A DNA stretch of 64,000 bases from Mobula hypostoma (lineage: Eukaryota). The notes under the pieces are model-generated. The model had not been told where the DNA came from. It worked only from the letters and a program-made list of their open reading frames with translations, and made no database searches. Made by a program: the position numbers and the translations under genes. Shown here one piece after another: positions 13,154 through 23,699 of the stretch. Location of the stretch: the NCBI RefSeq assembly GCF_963921235.1, contig NC_086109.1, positions 16,494,001 through 16,558,000 of the forward strand, given 5' to 3'. Numbering within the stretch: the stretch's first letter is position 1; every line of letters begins with the position of its first letter.

Positions 13154-13666
13154 CACAAAATAATCTGCAGATGCTGGGGTCAAAGCAACACTCACAACAC
13201 GCTGGAGGAACTCAGCAGGTCAGGCAGCATTCGTGGAAAAGATCGGTCGACGTTTCGGGCCGGAACCCTTCGTCAGGACTGTAGAGGGAAGGGGCAGAGG
13301 CCCTATAAAGAAGGTGGGGGGAGGGTGGGAAGGAGAAGGCTGGTAGATTCCAGGTGAAAAACCAGTAAGGGGAAAGGATAAAGGGGTGGGGAGGGGAGGC
13401 AGGGAGGTGATAGGCAGGAAAGGTGAAGAAAGAATAGGGGAAAACACAATGGGTAGTAGAAGGAGGCGGAACCATGAGGGAGGTGATAGGCAGCTGGGGG
13501 AGGGGGCAGAGTGACATAGGGATAGTGGAAGGGAGGAGAGAGAACTACTGGAAGTTGGAGAATTCTATGTTCATACCAAGGGGCTGGAGACTACCTAGAC
13601 GGTATATGAGGTGTTGCTCCTCCAACCTGAGTTTAGCCTCATCATGGCAGTAGAGGAGGCCATGTA
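13154..13666 (-). mobile_element. Neptune-type PLE 3' fragment with hammerhead, inserted in the Rex1-like LINE
   Basis: Minus-strand IHGLLYCHDEAKLRLEEQHLIYRLGSLQPLGMNIEFSNF; direct repeat TGGACACACTGGAG at 13140-13153 and 13667-13680. Confidence 0.9.
13245..13281 (-). ncRNA. Minimal hammerhead ribozyme motif
   Basis: Reverse complement cagtc-CTGACGA-a-gggt(tccg)gccc-GAAA-c-GTC-gacc. Confidence 0.75.
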
Positions 13667-15204
13667 TGGACACACTGGAGGCTGTGGTAGACCAAAGGAC
13701 CCTATGGAAAATCCTGGCAATTCTGGACAATGTTTCTCAACCTCTGGATATCCCCTTTGCTGAACAGAGGAGCACTTTTAGTTATAGACTAAGACAACAG
13801 CACTGCTCCAAAGAGCTCTTTATGAGATCATTCTTACCCTTGGTCATTAGACTCTATAATGGATCACCCTATAGCCGGAGACATGATGATCCCCTTCTGT
13901 TAGACTGTTTGAGGTAACTTATTTTCTATTATTTCTTATTTCTCTTCTAATATTTGTTATCTGTGCACTTGTAATGCTACTGTGACAGGGTAATTTCCCT
14001 TAGGATCCATATATCTATCCATCTAATCAGCAAATCATATGGTAGCAACTCGAAGTATGAAAGTGTGCAGGCATGGTCAAGAGGTTCATTTGTTGTTCAG
14101 ACCAAATGTCAGAATGGGGAAGAATTGTGATCTAAGTGACCATGGAATGATTGTAGGTGCCATATGGGATGGTGTGAGTAACTCAGAAACTGCTGATCTA
14201 CAGGGATTTTAATGCACAGCAGTCTCTAGAGTTTACCAAGAATGGTGAGAGAAACAAAAAAACAACACTCAGTAAGCGGCAGTTCTGTTAATGTAAGAGT
14301 TGAGAGAATGGCCAGACTGGTTCAAGTTGACAGGAAGGTGACAGTAACTCAAATAACCACGCGTTGTAATAATGGTGTGCAGAAGAGCACAGCACATCGA
14401 ACCTTGAAGTGGATGGGCTACAGCAGCAGAAGGCCACAGACGTACACTCAATAGCCACGTTATCAGATACAGGAGGTACCTAATAAAGAGGTCACTGAGT
14501 GCATAACCTCCCTCTAGGTTGACCAATGTGCTTCAGCGATGGAAATCTGCTGACTTGACCCAATCTAGTGATAGGTCACTCCAGACTTTGCTGAAGTGGC
14601 CTAGCAAATCAGAGTCTGTCCAGGGAAAATTGTGCAATGGCAACTAATGCCCTAATCTGGATACACGAATGCATAAGTATGTGGGCTATGGATGAATGAA
14701 CTGCACCCATTGGGCTATTAAGCCTTTAAAAAGGGATGGAACTTGATGGAGATACGGACTTTTCTTGCTGTGGTCTGGTTAGTGTATCTATCCTTAACAA
14801 AGGATTGTTGGTCTGGCTTGTGGAGTGAAGAGCGATAAGCTATCTCCAAGTTGCTTGACTGGCATAAACTCTCATTGCTGATTGGATGGGCTCCCCCTCC
14901 ATTTGACAAAATGTCCAAGCCATGAGCAATCCACACTGCATCACCCTGCATAAGATAATAAAGGAAGATAGTGAAGAGGGTGGATCTCCCAAAGACAAAA
15001 TGAGGAAGAAAAATCAACCGAAAGACTGAGTCAATGTCTCAAGTACAGGAGATGCCTTATGCAGATAGAAATATATTGTATTGCTCACCTGTTTCATCGA
15101 TGTCTGGTCTTTCTAACGGGCATAAAACATAACTTTGCAATATTTCACCGAGGAGTCTATATTTATCCTATTCCCAACACTACTAAAACACATTGTGTAG
15201 TCAT

Positions 15205-15700
15205 TAACATATTAGAACATACATCAGTTACAGGCCCTTTGGCCCACCCTGTCTGTGCTGACCAAGATGCCAATCTAAGTAATCCCTCCTACTTGTACAT
15301 GGCCTGTATGCCTCTGTTGCCTGCAGATAATGTGTTTATCTAACTACCTGTTAAAATATTGCTATCATATCTGCTTTCACCACCTTCCCTGGTACTGTTT
15401 TCCAGGAACCTATATTCTTTAAAAACAATCTTGTCTTTTGTATCTTTAAACTTTCCACATCTTACCTTAAGTCTATGCCCCCTGGTAAGTGAAGTTTCCA
15501 TCCTATGAGAAGGACCGACTGTTTACCCGATTTGCATCTCATTATTTTATGTACTTGCCTCAGGTCACCTCTCATGCTCTGAAGAAAATCCTAGCTTGTC
15601 TAACCGCTCTCTGTATAGCTAATACATCCTAATCCAGGCAACATCTAAAGCTTCCACATTTGGACTATAGTGTGACACACAATAGTTCAAATGTGACCTA
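15205..15700 (-). mobile_element. Decayed CR1-like LINE 3' fragment
   Basis: acaggccctttggcccac tail and aatccaggcaacatc motif shared with the other copies. Confidence 0.65.
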
Positions 15701-16102
15701 ACCCCCCCCCCCCCAGGTTTTAATACATCTAAGGATTTGAAGGCTCAAAGTACATTCATTATCAAAGTACGCGTACAGAATACAACTCTAAAGTCATCCT
15801 CCCACCGGCAACCACGAAACAATGAAACACTATGGAACTCATTCAAGAAAACATCAAACTCCAACACACAAAAAATGAGCAAACTGCACAAATGGCAAAA
15901 GGCAAGAGGACAACACATAGAATATCAAACATCAAACCAAGAGTCCAGTAGTGTTCAGTAGTTCAGAGCCTTTTGTATTGGATTTGGATTTGAAACCTAT
16001 ATAGTTCAATAGCAATCATCCTAATAATTATTCGGACAGCCTTCTTGAATGAGTTTCTGCCTGTTGCCAATTTAACTGATTGCTATGTATATTCATTTTC
16101 AG

Positions 16103-16214
16103 CTCGCCCTGTCACTGAACAGATTCCAAAGTTCATGGTACCAGAAGGGACATCAAGCAGCAGAATCATTCTACGAGAAGAGGACCTGTTACTGGAATGT
16201 ATTGCATCAGGAGT
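16103..16214 (+). CDS. NFASC: Neurofascin exon, Ig3 N-terminal part (112 nt)
   Basis: ttttcag|CT...GAGT|gtatgt; [37 protein letters not shown]. Confidence 0.95.
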
Positions 16215-17264
16215 GTATGTAAAGCCAAGGCTCTAGCCATCTTGTAAAGTCACTGACTGGGTGTGAGAATTGGACTTCATTCCTATAAAACAGAAAGAGA
16301 AAATGCTGTGAGCACTAGTCCAGTCAGGGAAGAGAACCAGAGTTCACGTTCAAGATTGAAGCCCCTTGTCAGGAAGAGGATAAAGAAGCTTGTTAAGCTG
16401 CGAGAAGAGAGTTGGGGAGGAGGGGGAGTTGTCTCCGATCGGTTATAACCGGGGTGAGCATGGCGATAAACTGTAAACAGGGTTATCTGATCAGTGAGTG
16501 AAGAGGGCAGTGAGAGGGTGAGCAGCATGTACAAAATGCTGGAAGCTCAAAAACGTCTTCAAAGCCTCTTTTCCAGTCCTGATGGAGGGTCTCAGTCCGA
16601 CATGTCACCTGTTAATACCCCGCCATAGATGCTGCCTTATCTGCTTGGTGCATGTAGGTCTGCTCTTGTAGACCAGGCCATCGGGGCCTGAGCAGCTTGT
16701 ACAAAGTGTTTGGAATTAGGAAGCTGCTTCATCCAATAAACAACACCTCCAGCCTTGGTTTTTAGCGCTCAGATCTCTTTATACCTTATACTTTATTGTC
16801 ACCAAACAATTGATACTAGAACGTACAATCATCACAGCGATATTTGATGCTGCACTCCCCGCTCCCTGGATTACAAATATTAAATATTAAAAATAGTAAA
16901 AATTAAATTAAAATTAAATATAAGCTCACAAACAACTACCGCATCTGGCTCAGATGCACAATGCTACCCCCGACACTCTAAATGTAGGAATTCTTTAAAG
17001 TTAAGCCAGGTTCCCTTCAATCCACCTCCAGTTAATTCTGCTGGAACTCGGCAGGTCAGGCGGCATCTATGGAGACGAATAAAGGGTTCACGTTTTGGAA
17101 CATGACCCTTCATTGGCCCAAAACATCGACTGTTATTTCTCTTCATACTGCAGATGCTGCCTGACCCATTGAGTTCCTTCAGCATTTTGTGTGTGTTACT
17201 CTGGATTTCCAGCATCTGCAGAACCTCTTGTGTTCCAATTAATTTTGCTTTGTTTTCTTTTCAG

Positions 17265-17449
17265 GCCCACGCCAGATATCATTTGGTACAAGAAAGGTGG
17301 TGAGTTGCCGTGGCCAAAAGTGCGAATGGAAAACTTCAACAAGACGCTAAGGATCATGAATGTCTCAGAGGAGAACTCGGGCGAGTATTTCTGCCTGGCA
17401 TCCAATAAGATGGGGAGCATTAGGCACACCATCACAGTGAGAGTAAAAG
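17265..17449 (+). CDS. NFASC: Neurofascin exon, Ig3 C-terminal part (185 nt)
   Basis: ttttcag|G...AAAG|gtgtgg; [15 protein letters not shown]...[40 protein letters not shown], diagnostic for neurofascin. Confidence 0.97.
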
Positions 17450-17609
17450 GTGTGGACTCTGTTCAATTCTCCACTGCCACATTCAGCCTATCTCTCCCAC
17501 CCTCTCTTTCCATCCCACCAAGTATTATGTTTACTTTGAAGTCTTCCTTTTCCCTGAATTGTATTTAATACAGTAATACATTATACAAAAACTATAAAGA
17601 ACTGTTAGG

Positions 17610-17827
17610 CAAACAACAGGAATTCTGCAGATGCTGGAAATTCAAGCAACACACATCAAAGTTGCTGGTGAACGCAGCAGGCCAAGCAGCATCTATAGGA
17701 AGAGGCGCAGTCGACGTTTCAGGCCGAGACCCTTCGTCCTGACGAAGGGTCTCGGCCTGAAACGTCGACTGCGCCTCTTCCTATAGATGCTGCTTGGCCT
17801 GCTGCGTTCACCAGCAACTTTGATGTG
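17610..17827. mobile_element. Fold-back PLE terminal-repeat insertion (perfect palindrome) with hammerhead core
   Basis: Arms 17652-17738 and 17741-17827 are exact reverse complements; TSD AAGAACTGTTAGG at 17597-17609 and 17828-17840. Confidence 0.92.
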
Positions 17828-18776
17828 AAGAACTGTTAGGTGCAGGACTTGAATATATCCAGAACAAAGAAACAGGCAGGAAGATCATTGTGGGCACTGC
17901 CCACTCTGTAAACTTCCTTTTCCAAAAGCTCCCTTCTGGGAAGTTCTGTAGGACTATTAAAATAAAAATTTCCTGCCATCTTAAAAATTTCATCCTCAGT
18001 CAGTTAATCTGATCAGCCATTCTCGTTCTCCCCCTACCCCATCCCCATCACTGCACTGTAGAAGCTTCAAACCATATTTTATAATGATTCAACACACACA
18101 AAATGCTTGAGGAACTCAGCAGGCCAGGTAGCTCCTCAGCTTTTTCTCTCCAGTCCTGCTTGAAGGGTTCGGCCCGAAACGTCGACTGTACTTTTTTCCA
18201 TAGATGCTGCCTGGCCTGTTGAGTTCCTCCAGCATTTTGTGTGTGTTGCTTAGATTTCCAGCATCTGCAGATTTTCTCTTGTTTGTGATTTTATAATGAT
18301 GTTTATATTGTAAATGCATGCTGGTATTTATTTATGCACATCTTATTCCATATATGTCTGTTAACCACTAAATTTATTTGCTCTTTTTTAGATAATTCTT
18401 TATTCCATAAAATTGTTCAATGTTTTTGTTTCTATGTTGCATGTTTCACCTTGACCAATACACCGCAGCACATTCCAAATACGTGCAAATATATTTCGCC
18501 AAAAAAAGTTGTTTCTATATCCTTGATAACTGCTCGTGTAGACCTCTGCCATTAAGTAGGATCATGGCTGATCCTATAAACAGCACTTTCCTTCAATCTT
18601 TTAATTCCAGCACAACCAAAGGCTCTCATCCCCTGTCTTTCATTGCAGTGTTTTGAGTAAGCAGAGTGTTAATCCAGCAGAATAACCATTTTAAGATTTA
18701 TGAGACTCCTCCAAACAATAAGTGGTTTTAACTGTTACGAGGGTCTGAATTCCCAGCAAAACCCTAATGTTTATCC

Positions 18777-18896
18777 CTTCTGAGAGGCACAGAGTTGTAT
18801 ACCAGTGCAACGTTTCCAATGAGACAGATAATTACTGGCCAATGCATTTATCAGCATGCTAGGTATGATTTAATGGCTATTGATTTCCCCTTTACA
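18777..18896 (+). pseudogene. Decayed partial duplicate of NFASC exon 20182-20325 plus the start of its intron
   Basis: taccagtgcaa..ttactggccaatgcattt..gctag|gtatgatttaatggctattgatttc aligns to about 20228-20358; has CGA>TGA and indels. Confidence 0.88.
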
Positions 18897-19097
18897 GAGC
18901 TTTTGCCCTGAGAAATATCATATTTGGCACAACCTCAAGAAGCACTCTTTAAAGGGATCTGTAGTGGGTTTAGCCATGTTCCAATCAAACTTGAGTGCAG
19001 TTTATTCTAATGAAACATTTGATGCTAATACATAGATTTGGATTGTTTAATCTGTCATTTGTTTAATAAGTTTGTATTTATCTGCTAATTTTCGAAG

Positions 19098-19229
19098 CTG
19101 CTCCATATTGGCTGAATGAACCCCAGAACCTGGTGCTAGCTCCTGGGGAGTATGGCAGACTGCTGTGCCGGGCCAATGGGAATCCCAAGCCCAATATCCA
19201 GTGGATGGTTAATGGCGAGCCCATAGAAA
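19098..19229 (+). CDS. NFASC: Neurofascin exon, Ig4 N-terminal part (132 nt)
   Basis: cgaag|CT...GAAA|gtgagt; [43 protein letters not shown]. Confidence 0.96.
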
Positions 19230-19589
19230 GTGAGTCAATGATTGCAGTGCCATCCTTGTACACGTCACATATAGACCATTGTTTCTCTGTTGGGTCCTAT
19301 GAAATTTTCAAGTCAAGGTGAGTATATTGTCATGTGCACAAGTACGGTGAGGTACAAGTACAAAGAAAAACTTGCTTTCAGCAGGTACATAGGTTTGGAC
19401 AAAGCACAGAACATAAATTTACATGAATGCAATATAAATTGGTATGCATTTAGGAGGGGAATTTAATATAATTAAAGCATTGTATAGTATAATGTAGTGG
19501 AGTTTGAGTAAGCAAAACTTACAGGAGCTTCAGACAAGCCATAAACTCTAACAGCAAGGAACTCCCTCCCTGCTCATGTTACTTACATA

Positions 19590-20005
19590 CACCTATCTAC
19601 TGCCTGTTACACCGCCGGCGTTTAGGGCAGCAATGAAGTCCTCCATCTCTGGCAGTGTTTGGAGCTTCCTTCATCGTGTCAGTAGCTCGATTTTCACTAC
19701 TGTTGGTCATGAAAGTTCCAGGTGGAGACTCAGGAATAACGTCGCACTCAGATGTAGGAGGATTCTTCATTGCTGTTTCCATAACAGCTTTGTTTTTACC
19801 GGTCAGGGTTGTTAGCCCTGAGCTGAGCCCCCGCATCTGGAGGACCAGTAGACCCCTCTTTGTCTGACCTCTTCCCTTTGACCTGTTTGATATGAGCAAC
19901 CCTACCAAAAGCCAAAGCATAAAGCCCTGACTCCAGCAAACATAGCTCGCCAGGTCATTAAGGCACGCAAACCTCCAAACCATGACGAGGTCGTGGTCCT
20001 CTTGA
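19590..20005 (-). mobile_element. Short non-autonomous RTE-related element (5'UTR-like part joined to 3' end)
   Basis: Minus strand starts ggaccacgacctcgtcatggtttggaggtttgcgtgcc and ends with an ARD..W..FIAAL-like RTE terminus. Confidence 0.6.
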
Positions 20006-20181
20006 AGGAGATACGCATGGGTGGAGGTCTTATTTTCTCTGACCATAGAACTTACATTATAGTATTCAAATACATACTTCTCATCGTGAGCAGCTTTTCA
20101 CGCTTCATATTCTGGGATACAAGGGAGTATCTGAGAGAATATGAATTAAACAATGACACATTTATCTCTCTTTCACTGAAG

Positions 20182-20325
20182 AGGTTCGTCAGAATCTGAA
20201 TCGAGATGTCTCTGGGGACACAATCATCTTCCGAGAGGCACAGATTGGAACCAGTGCCGTGTACCAGTGCAATGCTTCCAACGAGCACGGATACTTACTG
20301 GCCAATGCATTTGTCAGCGTGCTAG
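20182..20325 (+). CDS. NFASC: Neurofascin exon, Ig4 C-terminal part (144 nt)
   Basis: ctgaag|AG...CTAG|gtacga; [47 protein letters not shown] (absent from the ORF track). Confidence 0.95.
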
Positions 20326-20471
20326 GTACGACTTAATGGCTATTGATTTCTCTTTTACGATGTTTCTTGAGTGGAAAATGTTTGGCTGCTGCCAGAGAAA
20401 GTGGCAAATGCAGGTACAATTACATATATAAAATACATTTCGACAGGTACATAGACAAGTAAGGTTTAAAG

Positions 20472-20536
20472 CAGAGATTCCCAGCCTGGGGTCCATGGAC
20501 AAAGTTCCATGGCATAATAAAGTTTGGGAACCCCTG
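20472..20536. mobile_element. 65-bp hAT-type MITE inside a CR1 3' end
   Basis: TIRs cagagattccca and tgggaacccctg; 8-bp flanks gtttaaag/gtttagag. Confidence 0.65.
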
Positions 20537-21101
20537 GTTTAGAGGAATATGGGCCAAACACAGACAAATGGGACGAGCTGGACAGGCAACTTGTTTGGCA
20601 TGAATGAATTGAGTCAAGGGGCTGGCTTCTGTGCTGATTTAACTCCATGACTAATGTCATATAATAGTGGTGCCAATGGTTTAGATTTCACATCAGGAGT
20701 TGTAAGCGTTAGATCAACAAATGCTGCCACAAATGTTTCAGAATGGAACTAATTAAACCCAACTGCATGTGTTCAGTGTAAGTAAGGAGCTTCTCAATTG
20801 GTTTAGGGAATAACATTTTTTCTGAAGATAGCAGAAGGTCTTTGACTCCCCCAACCTCCAGGCCACACTCACACATACACCATCCTCTTCTCCCCTCTCC
20901 CGTGACCCATGGCCCGTGAGCTAGGCATGCATTCTATCCAGTCGTCTCTAATTGCTCCACAAAGGCAGAGCTCACAAAGGAAAGGCTGTTCAGTGCTGTT
21001 GTTCATTTACCTTCTACATCCTGGAGCAATGAATATATGTAACCTTTCACTGAGGGCAGTTGTTCTTTATTTAAACTGCATGCACAGTGCATTGTTACAA
21101 A

Positions 21102-21492
21102 CACTCAGTGGCCAATTTATTAGGTACCTCCTATACCTAATAAAGTGGCCACTGAGTGTATGTTCATGGTCTCCTGCTGCTGTAGCCCATCCACTTCAAG
21201 GTTCAATGTGTTGTGTGTCCATAGATGCTCTTCTGCCCACCACTGTTGTTGTGCGTGGTTATTTAAATTTCTGTTGCTCTCCTGTCAGCTTGAACCAGTC
21301 TGGCCATTCTCCTCTGACCTCTCTCATAAACAAGGCATTTTTGCCTTCAGAACTGCTATTCACTGGATTTTTTTGTTTTCCGCACTGTTCTCAGTAAACT
21401 CTAGAGGCCGTCGTGCATGAAAACCCTAAGAGATCAGCAATTTCTGAGATGCTCAAACCACCTCTTGGGCACCAACAATTATTCCATGGTCA
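21102..21492 (-). mobile_element. Tc1-like non-autonomous element, truncated, with doubled TIR
   Basis: cactcagtggccaatttattaggtac..tacctaataaagtggccactgagtg followed by a body complementary to 14100-14450. Confidence 0.85.
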
Positions 21493-21550
21493 TGAGAAAA
21501 AGAAAATAAATCACTCATAAGTTAGCAAGATTTTATTCATTTGGCCATAT

Positions 21551-21774
21551 ATACTTACCTGGCAGGGGAGAGCCTGTGATCAGAAAGGTCATTCTCCCAG
21601 GATGAGGCTATCCTATTGCATTTTTTGTGTGCCGATGCCTGTTGGAGAGACCATGATCGGAAAGATAGTTCTCCAAGGACTGCACTATGTGTCTGCTGAT
21701 GCCTGCAATGTCCACAAATGCAGTTTACTCAACTGCAAAATTTGTGGTGGTGGGGCACAAGCTGCATTCGTGCT
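21551..21774 (+). pseudogene. U1 snRNA-derived sequence with internal partial duplication
   Basis: ATACTTACCTGGCAGGGGAGA 5' end, gatcagaaaggt loop I, ctattgcat loop II, Sm site aatttgtgg, 3' ctgcattcgtgct; second SL1/SL2-like block at about 21644-21705. Confidence 0.88.
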
Positions 21775-21804
21775 GATGTCAGCATAGTAACATAGAAGGA
21801 TGTG

Positions 21805-22150
21805 ATGGTAGTGTAGCAGTTAGCGCAATCATTTTACAGCGGCAGAAATCACTGATTTGTGTTTGATTCCTGCCGTTGTCTGGAAGGATTTTGAATGCTC
21901 TCCTGTGACTGCTTGGGTTTCCTCTGGGTGCTCTGGTTTCCTCCCACATTCCAAAGATGTACAAGTTAGGGTTAGTAATTTGTGGGCTTCCTGTATTGCC
22001 ACCGGAAGCATGGAGACACTTGCGGGCTGACCCCGGCGTAATCTGTGGATTGTGTTGGCCGTTGACTCGAAATGACGCAATTCACTGTGTGTTTCAATGT
22101 TTCAGAATCAGTTTTATTATCACCGGCATGTGTCGTGAAATTCAATGTAC
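21805..22150 (+). mobile_element. tRNA-derived SINE with an inserted LINE-tail piece
   Basis: ggtagtgtagcagttagc A box, gtttgattcc B box, gggtttcctctgggtgctctggtttcctcccacattccaaag core. Confidence 0.75.
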
Positions 22151-22865
22151 ATGTGACAAATAAAGCTGAATCTTCTTCAGTGGTGAAGAACGGTGTTCGG
22201 CACCATCCACCTGTGTTTGACCGGCCTTCCTCTCCCTCTTGCTAGTGCTGTCGGAGGAAAGTGCAGGAGTTTTGGGATCCTCTGTGACAGGATTGATCAG
22301 CAAGGCTGTGGACTCATTTTGCGGTCGTGTTGCATGTGTTTCTGGATGCTGGTTACTTTTTTGCTGATTTTGAGTGGTTTGTTCAGGGTGATGGATGCAG
22401 ACTGGGGGTGTTTTGGCCAGGAATGGCCCTGTGGCCTACATTGGCTAGCAGCATGGCGCTGAACTGAATTGTACTGAATACCACTGGACTCCTGATGTTT
22501 GATATTCCATATATTGTTCACTCACTTTCTGCAGTTTGCACAATTTGTTCTTTTTTTCATGCATTGGGTGTTTGATGTTTTCTTGAACAGGTTCCATGGT
22601 GCTTTTTTATTTTGTGGCTGCCTGTGGGAGGACTAATCTCAGAGTTGTATTCTGATACATACTTTGATAATAAATGTACTTTGAATCTTTATAATCTTCT
22701 TCAGTTATCATATTCTCTAATATGATCCATTCACAGTCAAAGACTAGGTCTGCAAAGACACTGAATGCAAGAATATCTATGTTGAAAGGACACTCCATGA
22801 CGCTAACTTCTACATGCGTTCAGGAAGTTTGACATGGGCAGCTGATGGAATTTCTTTGTTTACAG

Positions 22866-22977
22866 ATGTAAAACCCAGAATTCTTTCCAAACAAAACCAG
22901 ATCATCAAGGTGATTGAAAATAACCGGACGCAGCTCGAGTGCAGGTTCTTTGGCTCACCAATCCCCATCCTGCGATG
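22866..22977 (+). CDS. NFASC: Neurofascin exon, Ig5 N-terminal part (112 nt)
   Basis: ttacag|AT...GATG|gtaagg; VKPRILSKQNQIIKVIENNRTQLECRFFGSPIPILRW. Confidence 0.95.
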
Positions 22978-23374
22978 GTAAGGAGCAGCTTACTGAACTG
23001 TCAATCAGTATTACATTCTAGTTGTAGAATCGATATAGAAACACACCATTCAGTCCATCAGCTCATGTTCTATATAAGCTTCTTCCAAACTTTATTCATC
23101 TAATCTAGCCTTCTGTTTCTCCATATGGGTTTATCCGTTTTGCCCTTGAATCCATCCAGGCCATTCCACGTTGAACGCAGTTTGAGTCGATGCAGTGGAG
23201 GTTTAGGTGGAGAATTCTAGATATGATGGGAGATTGTCTAGGCTTTATCTCTCTAGAACACAAGATCCTGGGAGAGATTTAACTGGGCTAAATAAAATTA
23301 CCAATGTTTTAGTTAGTTAGTTTCATTCCCTCCCTCCCTTCCTCCCTGCAATCCCCCAATTTAATCCTAGCCCA

Positions 23375-23572
23375 ATCACAGGACAATTTAAAATGGACAA
23401 TTAACCTACCAATTGGTACGTCTTTGGACTGTGGGAGGAAACCGGAGCATCTGGAGGAAACCCGCGTGGTCACACAGTGAACATAGAAACTCCTTACAGG
23501 CAGAGGCGGGAATTGAACCAGGGTTGCTGGTACTGTAAAGCGCCATGCTAACCACTACACTATCATGCCACC
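23375..23572 (-). mobile_element. tRNA-derived SINE
   Basis: Reverse complement of the SINE head and core (gtgggaggaaaccggagcatctggaggaaaccc; gctaaccactacac). Confidence 0.75.
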
Positions 23573-23699
23573 CTAATTATTGTCGTTCAAGTGTACACAC
23601 GTATATAGCTAAACGAAACGTCCCTCTAGGACCAAGGTACAAGACAAAGTACATGCATCACATACAGTACATAAAATTAACACGATATAAAGTGTTGAG

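Larger units (their letters stand above)
12570..14022 (+). mobile_element. Rex1/Babar-like LINE, 5'-truncated and decayed
   Basis: CHLQKFSNDLAIVGCI...WCKLNHLQLNFSNTKEMV and ILAILDNVSQPL...RSFLPLVIRLYN; ends in a tatctatc-type tail. Confidence 0.85.
12508..14501 (+). mobile_element. Internally deleted Tc1-like transposon interrupted by a LINE
   Basis: TIRs cactcaaaagtcactttatttggtac and gtacctaataaagaggtcactgagtg; transposase HTH remnant MARLVQVDRKVTVTQITTR...RTLKWMGYSSRRP. Confidence 0.85.

Noticed and set aside
21551..21774. Functional U1 snRNA gene
   Set aside because: Internal duplication, diverged stems, missing terminal stem-loop end, and upstream sequence is a Tc1 relic rather than an snRNA promoter.
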